From: Octopus sinensis
Taxonomy: Eukaryota
DNA: 64,000 nt
Direction of reading: 5' to 3'
NCBI RefSeq assembly: GCF_006345805.1
Contig: NC_042997.1
Coordinates: 44,640,001-44,704,000, forward strand
Shown piece by piece: positions 52,401 to 64,000 of the stretch. A program made the translations under genes and the position numbers. The notes under the pieces are model-generated. The model was not told the origin of the DNA. It did no database searches and saw only the letters and a list, made by a program, of their open reading frames with translations. Each line of letters begins with the position of its first letter. Within the stretch, counting starts at the first letter, position 1.

Positions 52401-54406
52401 TTGCTTTTATTTCTAGCTAGTGACTCATCCTCATTGTGCTGGTCGAATAGTTCCTCACTAAGTCGTAATTTTCTACAAAATTCTGTAATGTCTTCCTTCA
52501 TTTCGTAGTAGTTTGGACGTGGGGGGGTTGGTGTGAATTTAAGACCTTTGGAGAGTAAGTTGAGAAGGTTGGGTTTGGGTTTTGTATTGGTTAAATTGAT
52601 GACTTTAATTAGTTTCTGTTTCTCTTCCCTGTCCTGTGTTATTTTGTTTGCCTGTATCTGTGTGCTGTGTCTAAAAATTGGTTGGGGTAGAGGGGTTGTC
52701 TGTTGGTGTTAAGAGGTCCTGTGTGTTTGTTATATTCCTTGTTGTGAAATATGGTTCAGGTTCGTGGTTGTGGATAGAATGGGGTGTTCCTGTATTGCGG
52801 GTGTTGGTGTGTGTTTCTTTGTGTCATGTTGGATTGTGGTGATATGAGTGGCCTGCGTGGGTGCTTGTATCGAGTGGTATGGGCTTGTTGTGTATTGTGA
52901 GAGTTGAGAAAGTGAAAATTACCTTGTTGTCCCCTCGTGGTGTGGATGTTGTTGTGTCTATCCTGGTAGTGGAATCCTCTTTTATTTGTTAATAAGGTAT
53001 TCGAGTAGTTGTTGTGTATAGTGTCTCCTTGAAGGGGTAAATTCGTTAATGTAATTCTGGTGGTGAGGGTTTCCAGGGTTCTTGTTCCTCCTTATGGACG
53101 TGGGGTAAGAAGGTACATCTTCAATATGCTGTTTCCTTTTGTTCGAGGTTGGAGGGTTGGCGGAGTAGTTGTGTGGTTGGGTTCCTGGTTTTCCCATTTT
53201 TATGAACGGGTTTTTGGAAGAGTAATCCGTTTTGAAAGTTTAGGAACCAGGTGGCACTTTTTTCCCAGCGTTGTAGGAAGTGCGCATGACTGTCCACAGA
53301 TCCCAAATAAAAATACAGGAATACAGAAAAATAGCACTTAGTGCACATATTGATACCTGTGCCGCACAACTTCATCCCAATTTTAGAATCTTTCCCCTCT
53401 ACAAATTTAAAGACAATGCCACTCATACCCAGCGAATAACCATGGAATCCCACCTTATTAATAAATACAGACCACTTCTAAACACGAACCTACAACAAAC
53501 ACACTTACACCTGCACATACTTTTACCCAGATATTAACACCATGACACACGCAAATATATGGTTCCACACATACACATAATTTGATACGGGTGCAAAACA
53601 TAGAAACACTATATTTTGGAAATGACTGTAAATATTGACTTCACACAAACACGTTGCTTCCCGATACAGGCACAAGGCCAGCAGAACTATAAATATTGAA
53701 AATTGTACCCACACACGCACACATATATACATGCCCCAACATACATATAAACACACACACGCGCGCACATACATACATATAGCTCTTCCTGTCCTAAAGG
53801 AACTTACTTTTCCAGCTCAAATTCAGTCAAGCGGAAAATACACTCCTTAACTATGCACTAAAAAGCTATTCAAAATATCCACATGACATCTGCTGACCAG
53901 CCTGAACAATAAGAATTTTCAACAACACTATTTTCGAAAACTCCATACACCACCCACAGCAACATTCATTCTAAACATTATTATGGTCTCTATTATGATC
54001 ACACTCACGTGACCTCTTTATTATGATCAATAAGAAATTTTACTAGCCAAATTTTAACATCTCTGGAGCCTATTTTCTTACCCCAACACCAACTTCCATT
54101 CAAACATTCACATGACCCCTTTATAATGACCAATCAAAATTGTATTGACCATTGTCCACAAGAAATTTTAGGCACGAAACCAAGCAAATCTTAAACTCTG
54201 GAGCCTCTTTTTTCACATATAAGAGACAGCAAACCCAACATAAAGTCAGATAAGAGAAAAAAATCAACCAGAAAGGAACTCTATCTCACTCAAAATATCT
54301 TTTGATAAGCATAAGAAATGCGCAACCGGTAAAAAGAACTTTCACCTAATTAAATACACTCTCCCTTACTTAAATTATTTTGTCAGCATTTTCTTCATTT
54401 CCTTTT
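49447..54406 (-). mobile_element. Penelope-like element (Neptune-like), RT plus C-terminal GIY-YIG, with ~1.12 kb inverted terminal repeats
   Basis: 49447-50569 is the reverse complement of 53283-54406; flanked by (TA)n on both sides; ORF motifs as in the next feature. Confidence 0.93.
50417..52700 (-). pseudogene. PLE RT-endonuclease ORF with two nonsense changes (TAG at 51677, TGA at 50417)
   Basis: LLSKGLKFTPTP, IKEADKGSAVV, YGIPKIHK, LRPII, FDVVNLYSNIP, RYLDDCF, FLD, DIYYKPTD, CNRPNCGIC linker, VYVLTC...YIGQT. The inverted copy (53280-53537) reads through the second stop as RITMESHLINKYRPLLN. Confidence 0.9.
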
Positions 54407-54624
54407 ATATATATATGTGTATATATATGTATGTATATATATGTATATATATAATGTATGTAATTTAACAAGAAATTATCAGGTAGTTAGCGTGAAAACC
54501 TCATAAAAGAAAAGAATTCGAAAATAATTTTTTTCTTTTGAACAAATTAATTATATCTATATTGTATAGAGGGCATTATTACACATAAATGCCTCACACT
54601 AAGAGGGATAAATATATCTGTATG

Positions 54625-54671
<47 letters not shown>

Positions 54672-54751
54672 GTATGTATATATATGTCTGTATGTATGTC
54701 TATATATGTATGTATATATATGTCTGTATGTATATATATATATATATGTAT

Positions 54752-55090
54752 GTAAAATATTATTTGAGACAAACCACTATTTTGCAAAACAAACAAGGAA
54801 AGACTTAATCAATACATAAAATTTAATAAATAGTCAAAAAAAACCGCCACTACAATCGTTTCTTGTCTTGATCGACAATCTTCAGGTGGACTTCCAATAA
54901 TTCAGTTACAAATTATGAAGTTCATAATTTGTAACTGAATTATTGGAAGTCCACCTGAAGATTGTCGATCAAGACAAGAAACGATTGTAGTGGCGGTTTT
55001 TTTTTGACTATTATTAAATTTTATGTATTGATTAAGTCTTTCCTTGTTTGTTTTGCAAAATAGTGGTTTTGTCTCAAATAATATTTTATA
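54752..55090. repeat. Near-perfect palindrome with a 1-nt spacer at 54920
   Basis: Arms are reverse complements apart from homopolymer indels. Confidence 0.9.
54951..54993 (+). ncRNA. Minimal type-I hammerhead ribozyme motif; mirror copy 54847-54889 on the - strand
   Basis: CCAC-CUGAAGA-UUGUC[GAUCAA]GACAA-GAAAC-GAUU-GUA-GUGG: 4-bp stem I, intact core, 5-bp stem II, self-complementary stem III ACGAUUGU, predicted cleavage after A54989. Confidence 0.75.
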
Positions 55091-55347
55091 TATTTTACTA
55101 TAAAATTGGATTTAATCCTAAATCTGATTTTTTTTCCCTGTAAATTTGGATATATTCCCTAATATTTATTATTTATATATATGTATGTATATTATATATA
55201 TATATGTATATATAGTATATATATATGTATGTATATATATATATATATATATGTATGTATATATATATATATATATATGTATGTAATATATATATATGTA
55301 TGTATATATATATGTATATTATATATATGTATATATATATATGTATG

Positions 55348-55432
<85 letters not shown>

Positions 55433-55455
55433 TATATATATGTATATATATATTG

Positions 55456-55510
<55 letters not shown>

Positions 55511-55511
55511 G

Positions 55512-55543
<32 letters not shown>

Positions 55544-55561
55544 TATTATGTATATATAAAA

Positions 55562-56815
55562 TTATAAATGAGGGTGAAAAATCGATATTAATTTAATAAT
55601 ACCATTAATTTAACACCAAGTGGCTTAGCACAAAAAACTACGGAGAAAATACAAATTTATACATAAATTATTAGAGAGTTATCCACTATGTGGATAACTC
55701 TAGTGCTAAAAATAGCTCCGAAGCAACCACAGAAGATCTGTTCCAACTAGAATCAACATACATTTAGCGGAAGGAAAGTGAAATACAACGAATAAAATAG
55801 ATTGACTCTATACAATTGTTTCATTACTAATGTAATATGTAGTTTTACTTACACTTACATCTATAAATCTTCGGTAGAGTTTGTCAGAAATGCAATTAAT
55901 TAGATCGATTCGAGCGTCAAAAGCACGAGCGGTCCAACCAATTACATTTTAGTTATGTCTCAACTTCCGCGCCAAAAGCATGCCTACGTTTCCAATGGAG
56001 TCTAAGCATGCTTTTGGCGCGGAAGTTGAGACATAACTAAAAATGTAATTGGTTGGACCGCTCGTGCTTTTGACGCTCGAATCGATCTAATTAATTGCAT
56101 TTCTGAAAAACTCTACCGAAGATTTATAGATGTAAGTGTAAGTAAAACTACATATTACATTAGTAATGAAACAATGTATAGAGTCAATCTATTTTATTCG
56201 TTGTATTTCACTTTCCTTCCGCTAAATGTATGTTGATTCTAGTTGGAAACAGATCTTCTGTGGTTGCTTCGGAGCTATTTTTAGCACTAGAGTTATCCAC
56301 ATAGTGGATAACTCTCTAATAATTTATGTATAAATTTGTATTTTCTCAGTAGGTTTTGTGCTAAGCCACTGGTGTTAAATTAATGGTATTATTAAATTAA
56401 TATCGATTTTTCACCCTCATTTATAAATTTATAAATTTAACTACGCGGCAGTCAATATTTTATTGATGCGGCATACGTTTCCAATGGAGTCTAAGCATGC
56501 TTTTGGCGCGGAAGTTGAGACATAACTAAAAATGTAATTGGTTGGACCGCTCGTGCTTTTGACGCTCGAATCGATCTAATTAATTGCATTTCTGAAAAAC
56601 TCTACCGAAGATTTATAGATGTAAGTGTAAGTAAAACTACATATTACATTAGTAATGAAACAATGTATAGAGTCAATCTATTTTATTCGTTGTATTTCAC
56701 TTTCCTTCCGCTAAATGTATGTTGATTCTAGTTGGAAACAGATCTTCTGTGGTTGCTTCGGAGCTATTTTTAGCACTAGAGTTATCCACATAGTGGATAA
56801 CTCTCTAATAATTTA
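55562..56815. repeat. Inverted repeat (55562-55983 / 56006-56425, 22-nt loop) plus a direct copy (56474-56815)
   Basis: Direct sequence comparison. Confidence 0.9.
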
Positions 56816-56940
56816 TATATGTATATATATAATATATTATATATGTATATATATATGTATATATATGTATATATATATATATGTATATATATTAGTATAT
56901 CTATATATGTATGTATGTATATATATGTATGTATATATAG

Positions 56941-56973
<33 letters not shown>

Positions 56974-57724
56974 ATATATATGTATGTATATATATGTATA
57001 TATATATATGTATGTATATATGTATATATATATATGTATGTATATATATATGTATGTATATATATATGTATATATATATTGTATGTATATATATAATATA
57101 TATGTATGTATATGTATGTATGTATATATATATGCATATGTATGTATATATATATATGCATATGTATGTATATATATGTATGTATATCATCATCATCATC
57201 ATCATCATCGTTTAGCATCCGTTTTCCATGCTAGCATGGGTTGGACGGTTCTACTGGGGTCTGTGAAGCCAGAAGGCTCATCAGGCATGTATATATATAT
57301 ATGTATGTATATATATATGATATATATGTATGTATATATATCTGTATGTATGTATGTATATATATATATGTATATATTATATATATATGTATATATATAT
57401 AATATGTATGTATGTATATATATGTATATATGTATGTATAGATAGATAGATATATGTACGTATATATAGATATATATTTATATGTATATATATATGTATG
57501 TATTATATATATAATATATATATGTATGTATATATAATATATATATATGTATGTATATATTATATATGTTGTATATATATATGTATATATATATATAATG
57601 TATATATATATATGTATGTATATATATATGTATATATATGTATATATATATTGTATATATATATGTATATATATATATATATATATGTTATATATATATG
57701 TTATATATATGTAATATATATATG

Positions 57725-57769
<45 letters not shown>

Positions 57770-57984
57770 GTATATTATATATGTATATATATATAATATA
57801 TATATTATATGTATATATATATATGTATATATATATATGTATATATTATATATATATATATAGTATATATATATATATATATGTATATATATTATGTATA
57901 TATATATATGTATATATATGTATATATATATATATGTATATATATGTATATATATATATGTATATATAGTATATATATATTATG

Positions 57985-58043
<59 letters not shown>

Positions 58044-59177
58044 GTATATATATATATATATGTATGTATGTATATATATGTATGATATATATATGTATAT
58101 ATATATATGTATGTATATATATATGTATGTATATATATATGTATGTATATATATGTATATTATATATATAATATATATGTATGTATATATTATGTATGTA
58201 TATATATATATGCATATGTATGTATATATATATATGCATATGTATGTATATATATGTATGTATATCATCATCATCGTTTAGCATCCGTTTTCCATGCTAG
58301 CATGGGTTGGACGGTTCTACTGGGGTCTGTGAAGCCAGAAGGCTTCATCAGGCATGTATATATATATATATGTATGTATATATATATGTATATATATGTA
58401 TGTATATATATATGTATGTATGTATGTATATATATATATATGTATTTATGTATATATATATGTATGTATATATATATATGTATGTATGTATATATATGTA
58501 TATATGTATGTATAGATAGATAGATATATGTACGTATATATAGATATATATTTATATGTATATATATATGTATGTATATATATATATGTATGTATGTATA
58601 TATATGTATATATGTATGTATAGATAGATAGATATATGTACGTATATATAGATATATATTTATATATATATATATATGTATGTATAATATATATATATAT
58701 GTATGTATAATTTATATATATATGTCTTCTGGCTGAGAAGTATTGTTCTGTGAAGCGTGTATAAAAAGACGGGTATGTGAAAAGCGTTTCCATTGTATTT
58801 ACCATTATGGAACTATTCAGTCTTGGACGTCCTCATCCTGCCTTTTTTTTTTTTTTTCCTTTATTAGTCAAAATAGACAAAGAAGTAACCCAAAATATTC
58901 CTGTTCCTCCTTAATCCCATTTCACAACTCAGAGAAAAGACTAAAGACAGATTATTTTCTTCAATCCACAAAAACAGTCTGTAATATTCCTTGTGCTTGA
59001 ATAAAAAGTATGGTATTACATCATGCCTTTATTTCCCACCTCTAATCATTTAACGTTTAACCTCTTTATTCTCATTGGCTAGCTGTTGGTCAGTGCTGAT
59101 GGTGAAAAGCCTCACAATTGTGATGTTTCATCGTATTTCATCTACTATAAACATTTATAGAATAATTTTATTACATA

Positions 59178-59544
59178 ACTAGCAGTATCGCCCGGCGTTG
59201 CTCGGGTTTGTAAGGGAAATAACTATAAAGCATTTTTAGAGAGTTATAGCAAAAAAATGGAATAAAAATTATGGTAAATTTTTTTTGAGAGTTAAAGAGG
59301 TCGAGTTGCATCTCCTAGACGGTCTGTGGTTTGTGTTTCTGATTCTCGACCCCATGTCGAATTTATCGATTTTTTTCAGAACTGGGGGAACTTTTCAAAA
59401 TTTTCGCTGCGTTAGTTTTGAATTATGACATTGGGCTATGTGTGTGTCAAGTTTCATCAGAATCGGTTGAAAGCCGTGGTCAGGGTGAGGGTACAACCTA
59501 ACAGACACGCAGACAGACAAACTGCCGTTTATATATAGAGAGAT
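59178..59544 (+). mobile_element. Helentron/HINE-like element: same 5' ~100 bp, different body
   Basis: Shares ACTAGCAGTATCGCCCGGCG...; ends cagacagacaaactgccgtttatatatagagagat. Confidence 0.7.
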
Positions 59545-60188
59545 TAAAAACCAGATACACTGTAATCTGATCTTTATTAGTCTTGAATTCAGTGAAATGG
59601 AAAGAATAAATTGGAGAATTAAAGCTTTCATATTCTCTTTATTTTTTTCTACAAAATCTTTAAAATGTTCAACAAGTATATTGTAGAAAAGCCAGCTGTT
59701 TAATAAATTTCATTGAAATTTTATTTAATGTGAAGGTAAACTTTTCATTGCATATCTGCAACCTGGTCACTCAGGCAGTTACAATAGAATTCTGTCAGTG
59801 ACCAGATCACAGTTGTGCAATGGAAATTTTGACACCTCATTAAATAAATTTGAATTGGATGTTTATTAACAACTTTGTGTGTTATTAAATGGTTCTCCTA
59901 CAGTATAGTTGCCTTAGTTACAACTCCGGAATACTAAATATTCAAATGGAAAAAATCTTATACAATTAACCGAAATTTACATTATTTGCATGTGCACTTA
60001 AGTGAGCAGTTTTACTGAGATGTGGTACTAAACAAGTACGTTGCTTTAAAAAGTTATTCAGTCAGTTGAATTAAGCAGAATTGGCTGTAGCTAAGCATAT
60101 TCTATAGATATGTAGTAGAAGAGGAAAACAATTTCAATTGATGACATAAAAAAAAAAAAATTAGCAAATATAAAAGACAACATTTGAT

Positions 60189-61750
60189 GTCATCATCGTC
60201 GTCTAACGTCCGTTTTCCATGCTGGCATGGGTTGGACGGTTTGACTGAGGTCTGGAGAGCCAGCGGCTGCCCCAGGCTCCAGTCTGATCTGGCAATGTTT
60301 CTATAGCTGGATGCTCTTCCTAACGCCAACCACTCCAAGAGTGTAGCGGATTCTTTTTATATATCACCGGCATGGGAGCCAGTCAGGCGGGCCTGGCATC
60401 GATTACATTCGGATATTGCTTTTACGTGTCACCAGCACAGGAGCCATTCAGGGGGCACTGGCCACAGCTACAATATTGGTTTTACTTGACTCATCAGGTC
60501 TTTCCAAGCATATCATATCGCCCGACGCATCAGGGGTACTCTTAACTGGACCGGGCATGCGTGGCTGTGATCTCACTTTAGTTGCCGAGTCTTCTCAATC
60601 ACAATATATCTCCAAAGGTCGTGGTCTCCTGTCATTGCCTCTGTGAGGCCCAATGTTCGAAGGTCATGCTTCACCACCTCCTCCCATGTCTACCTCTTCC
60701 ACAGTTAGGGAGTAGTACTTCCTCACACAGCTGTCCTCATCCATACATAACACATGACCATACAAGTGCAGTTGTCTCTCTTGCACACCACATTTGATGC
60801 TTCTTATGCCCAACTTTTCTCTCGGGGCGTTTACACTCTGTCGTGTATACACACTGGCATTACACATCCAGCAGATCATGCTAGCGTCATTTCTTTCAAG
60901 CCTACGCATGCCCTCAGCAGTCATGGCCCATGTTTTTCTGCCGTGTAGCATGGCAGTTCGCACAAATGCATCATATAGTCTACTTTTCATCCTGCGCGAG
61001 AGGCCCTTAGTTGCCAGCAGAGGTAGGAGCTCCCTGAACTTTGCCCAGGCTATTATTCTAGCCGCTACACTCTCAGAGCAACCACCCCCACTACAGACTT
61101 GGTCGCCTAGGTAGCGGAAGCTATTAACTACTAGTTTCTTCCCCGGGCATGTGATAGAATCTGTTTTCTGTACATCTTCAGTATCTATTGCCCTTGTGCA
61201 TTTTCCACACACAAAAACTATTTTCCCGGTTAACCTTCCTTTGATATTGCTGCACCTTTTATGTGTCAATAGCTTACATTGGGTACATTGTATGGAGTTT
61301 CTACCCACGCCTTTTTTACAGATCAAGCTGAAGGAGTTGTGATATGACATCCTTCCTACTTACTAAGACTTTGGTTTTTGCTAGGTTAACCCTAAGGCCC
61401 TTCGATTCTAGATCTTGCTTCCACATCCTAAACTTCGTCTCTAGTTCTGGCAGTGACTCGGCTATTAGAGCAAGGTCAACAGCATAGAGGAGCTCCCAGG
61501 GGCAGCCTCTCTTGAATTCCTCTGTTATTGCCTGGATGACTATAATGAATAAGAGGGGCTGAGGCCTGATCCTTGGTGAACCCCTACTTCTGCTCGGAAT
61601 TCTTCACTATACTCGTTGCCGACCCTCACCTTACTGACAGCATCCCTGTAAAGGGCTTGTGCAGCTATTACCAACCACTTGTCTATCTCCAGTTTCCGCA
61701 TCGACCTCCAGATAAGGGATCGGGGGATCCTGTCAAAGGCTTTCTCCAAG
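60189..61750 (-). mobile_element. RTE-clade LINE 3' fragment (same family), decayed
   Basis: ORF pieces 61540-61773 (DLEKAFDRIPRSLIW...GVHQGS) and 60664-61350; tail at 60189. Confidence 0.9.
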
Positions 61751-62079
61751 TCAAAAAAAAAAAAAAAAGCCAAGATGTATTTTTACTATTGTTTCAAAAC
61801 TTATCAGTGATGTGAAGCCTTTCTGCATTCTGCTTCTGAAAAATGCTAGTCGTGTTATTGCATATCTGAATATGCATTGGTTGCTTAATGCTATAAACAT
61901 AGAACATGTTTTTACTCAACAGTTTAGGGATGATAGGATTTACAGTTGGGATCAAAATGAATAATTAGACTCAAATTTACAATACGACAATGTTTCCAAA
62001 ACTCCGTTGGGACACTTGCGAATGACTAAGCCTTGTGAGTTCTTTGGCACCACATCTTTACAAAAAGAAATAACGATGA

Positions 62080-64000
62080 AATAAGTTTTATCCTTCTAAA
62101 GAAATCCAAAAGGGCTCTAACAAGAGCACTACATATCCTCTTCCAAAGCTTCCCAGAATGTTAAAGGAATGCATATATGTCTTATCCATGAAGGAGGTAG
62201 TAGAGCAGATGCTAAAAATTATAGACATGTCTCTCTAACCTCATATTTCTGCAAAGCATTGTCAGGGGGAAACTGATTGGTTTTCCCTATACATTCCACT
62301 CTGACTTTGACATCTGTAACAACGAGTTTCAGTTACTTTGGATCAGAGTCTCTCACCTCTACTTCTGCTTCTATATGCATATGCTTCCTTTGCCACTCTC
62401 CGAACTCCATCAACAATCAATAATTCTTCAACCATATATTTTCATACATAGAGGACATCTATCTCATTTCACCTCTACTCGAAGTCATAATTCCATGACC
62501 TTCAACATTTACAACTCTTCCTGATTCTCTCACTCACCTCATATTAATGCCGCCAGTGCAAAAACTAAAATTCTCACCACTGTACATAAGTTAAATCCCT
62601 AACCCATATCCCTGACTGACACACAGACACTTTCTTTTGAGCCCTCTAACTCAACCATTGCCAAACTAACACCATTTCTGCAATTTCCGGTCGTCTGACT
62701 TATCTTATCACGACTCTCCAGCATCAACCAGTATTGTTTATCAACAAAACGTTATAGCACCTAGTCTTTTGGGGACCTTATAATAATTCAAAATCAGCTG
62801 AATAGTCAGAACTCTGCCAGTTCCATGCTCTCTTTGATGGCACATGCTTCTGGTTCATCACCAAAAAAGTAGGTGGTTGAAAACATCTTAGGAATGTCTC
62901 TCCACATCTTACACATAACCAAAACACACAACTTCAAAACTTACAAGCAGTTCAGTCATATCTGAACCATAGCAGTTTAGCCTACATGCTCGGAAAAGGT
63001 CAACCATTTCTACAAGCAGTTTTTATCTAGTGTCGTTTGTCTTGCAAGATTATAATCCGAACTGTGGAGAATGCTTCCGTGCGTCGTACAACCCATAAAC
63101 ATTTCCTCTTTTGGTTTCTTGTTAAAAGACTTTCCACCACAAACTTCGTGGAATCCTTTTATTTCTATAGTTTCCAACCATAATGGTGGAGCAATATTCT
63201 CCTGAAGAAAGCCACCATATTTGCTGCCTGTCTTGCATTCATACTGCACACATTAAACAACGTGTCATATTTTCAAGAAGGCACTTCCAACACCTTAAAA
63301 CTTTTGAAGACTACTTCAAACAACAATCTTCTCCAACTCTTTGAATCTTCCACCTTAATATCCACTAGCACCATTTTCATAATGCCAAACCACTGGAAAC
63401 CATCAGCAGACTATTAGTCCGTACTTGGCAGAACTGGACACCATTCTCAATTCTCTTGTCTTCTGGATCGGTGCTTTCTGTCAGCTCACACCATTCAGTA
63501 TGAACTGATGGAGCACTTATTAACGCGCGTTGTGCCTAAGGATCGCCTTTGTTCTCACATAACTCAACGACCTAATTCTCGTCTCCTCTGACGACGCATA
63601 CAACTACGTAGGTGATACAACCCTTCATCACGCGCTAATCTTTTGGCACCTAGGCACCACAGACATCGAAAAAAAATCAACTTAAATGGTATCAGTCTTG
63701 TTTCCTTCACCAGCACAAAGATACGGTCACTGCACATATGAAAAAATATGTTCCCATGTCTCCCTGGACCAATGGCGTAGTGTGGGATGTACGGTCCACA
63801 TAGGGTAACCACTTTGAATACGTTTGTTTACTGTTGTCGAAGGTGTATTCCATTTAAAGAAACAGGCAGTTTGTCTACTGCACAAGGCGGTCAGGACCCA
63901 CGCTATGTTACTGCCGCAAATATGAATCGCATGCAACAAGGACCTTCAATATGGTAATAAATACTAGATATCGACGTCGTCGATCATTTCTCCTTGTGAA
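62080..64000 (+). mobile_element. Heavily decayed CR1/L2-group LINE remnants (RT piece 62080-62260; APE ~62270-62720; RT ~63400-63900)
   Basis: IHEGGSRADAKNYRHVSLTS; degenerate GDFNI region; VPKGS...NDLI...YVGDTTLH equivalent to GVPQGS...INDL...YADDTTLH. Confidence 0.65.

Noticed and set aside
53280-53537. Independent small GIY-YIG gene
   Set aside because: It is the inverted duplicate of the PLE ORF's C-terminus.
56293-56310. Perfect DnaA-box TTATCCACA in inverted arrangement
   Set aside because: Eukaryotic repeat context with no bacterial genes; a 9-mer match inside a short palindrome is expected by chance.
58328-58356. Minus-strand CUGAUGA-AGCC-UUCU-GGCU resembling a hammerhead
   Set aside because: The GAAA half of the core is absent (UCAC follows) and there is no stem I/III.

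Overview
AT-rich, intron- and repeat-dense animal genomic DNA with no prokaryotic features. The repeat families look cephalopod (Octopus-like); this is from my recognition of the repeats, not a database search. One host gene lies on the + strand: the 3' part of a CDYL-like gene (crotonase/enoyl-CoA hydratase fold). Five phase-compatible GT-AG coding exons (13394-13809, 16883-17046, 22418-22628, 34066-34209, 39532-39693) splice into an open frame ending ...DEKNFSY*. Two or three small upstream exons are candidates; no chromodomain exon is visible. The rest is mostly mobile DNA: two Mag-like Ty3/Gypsy LTR elements with tRNA-Ser(GCU) PBSs (one triply nested), RTE LINEs with a PHD finger inside the RT and an amplified 3' UTR, several tRNA-SINE families (including a ~5 kb head-to-tail array), Helentron-like non-autonomous elements, piggyBac- and Tc1/mariner-type MITEs, a deleted mariner, decayed CR1-group LINEs, and a Neptune-like Penelope element with 1.1 kb inverted terminal repeats in a (TA)n-rich zone. 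The strongest unannotated signals are two fold-back palindromes (40432-40597, 54752-55090) whose arms carry minimal type-I hammerhead ribozyme motifs of the Penelope kind, an essentially identical ~170 bp inverted pair 3.3 kb apart in the last CDYL intron, and a ~790 bp palindrome carrying telomere-like repeats. Ribozyme activity, exon usage and assembly correctness cannot be established from sequence alone.
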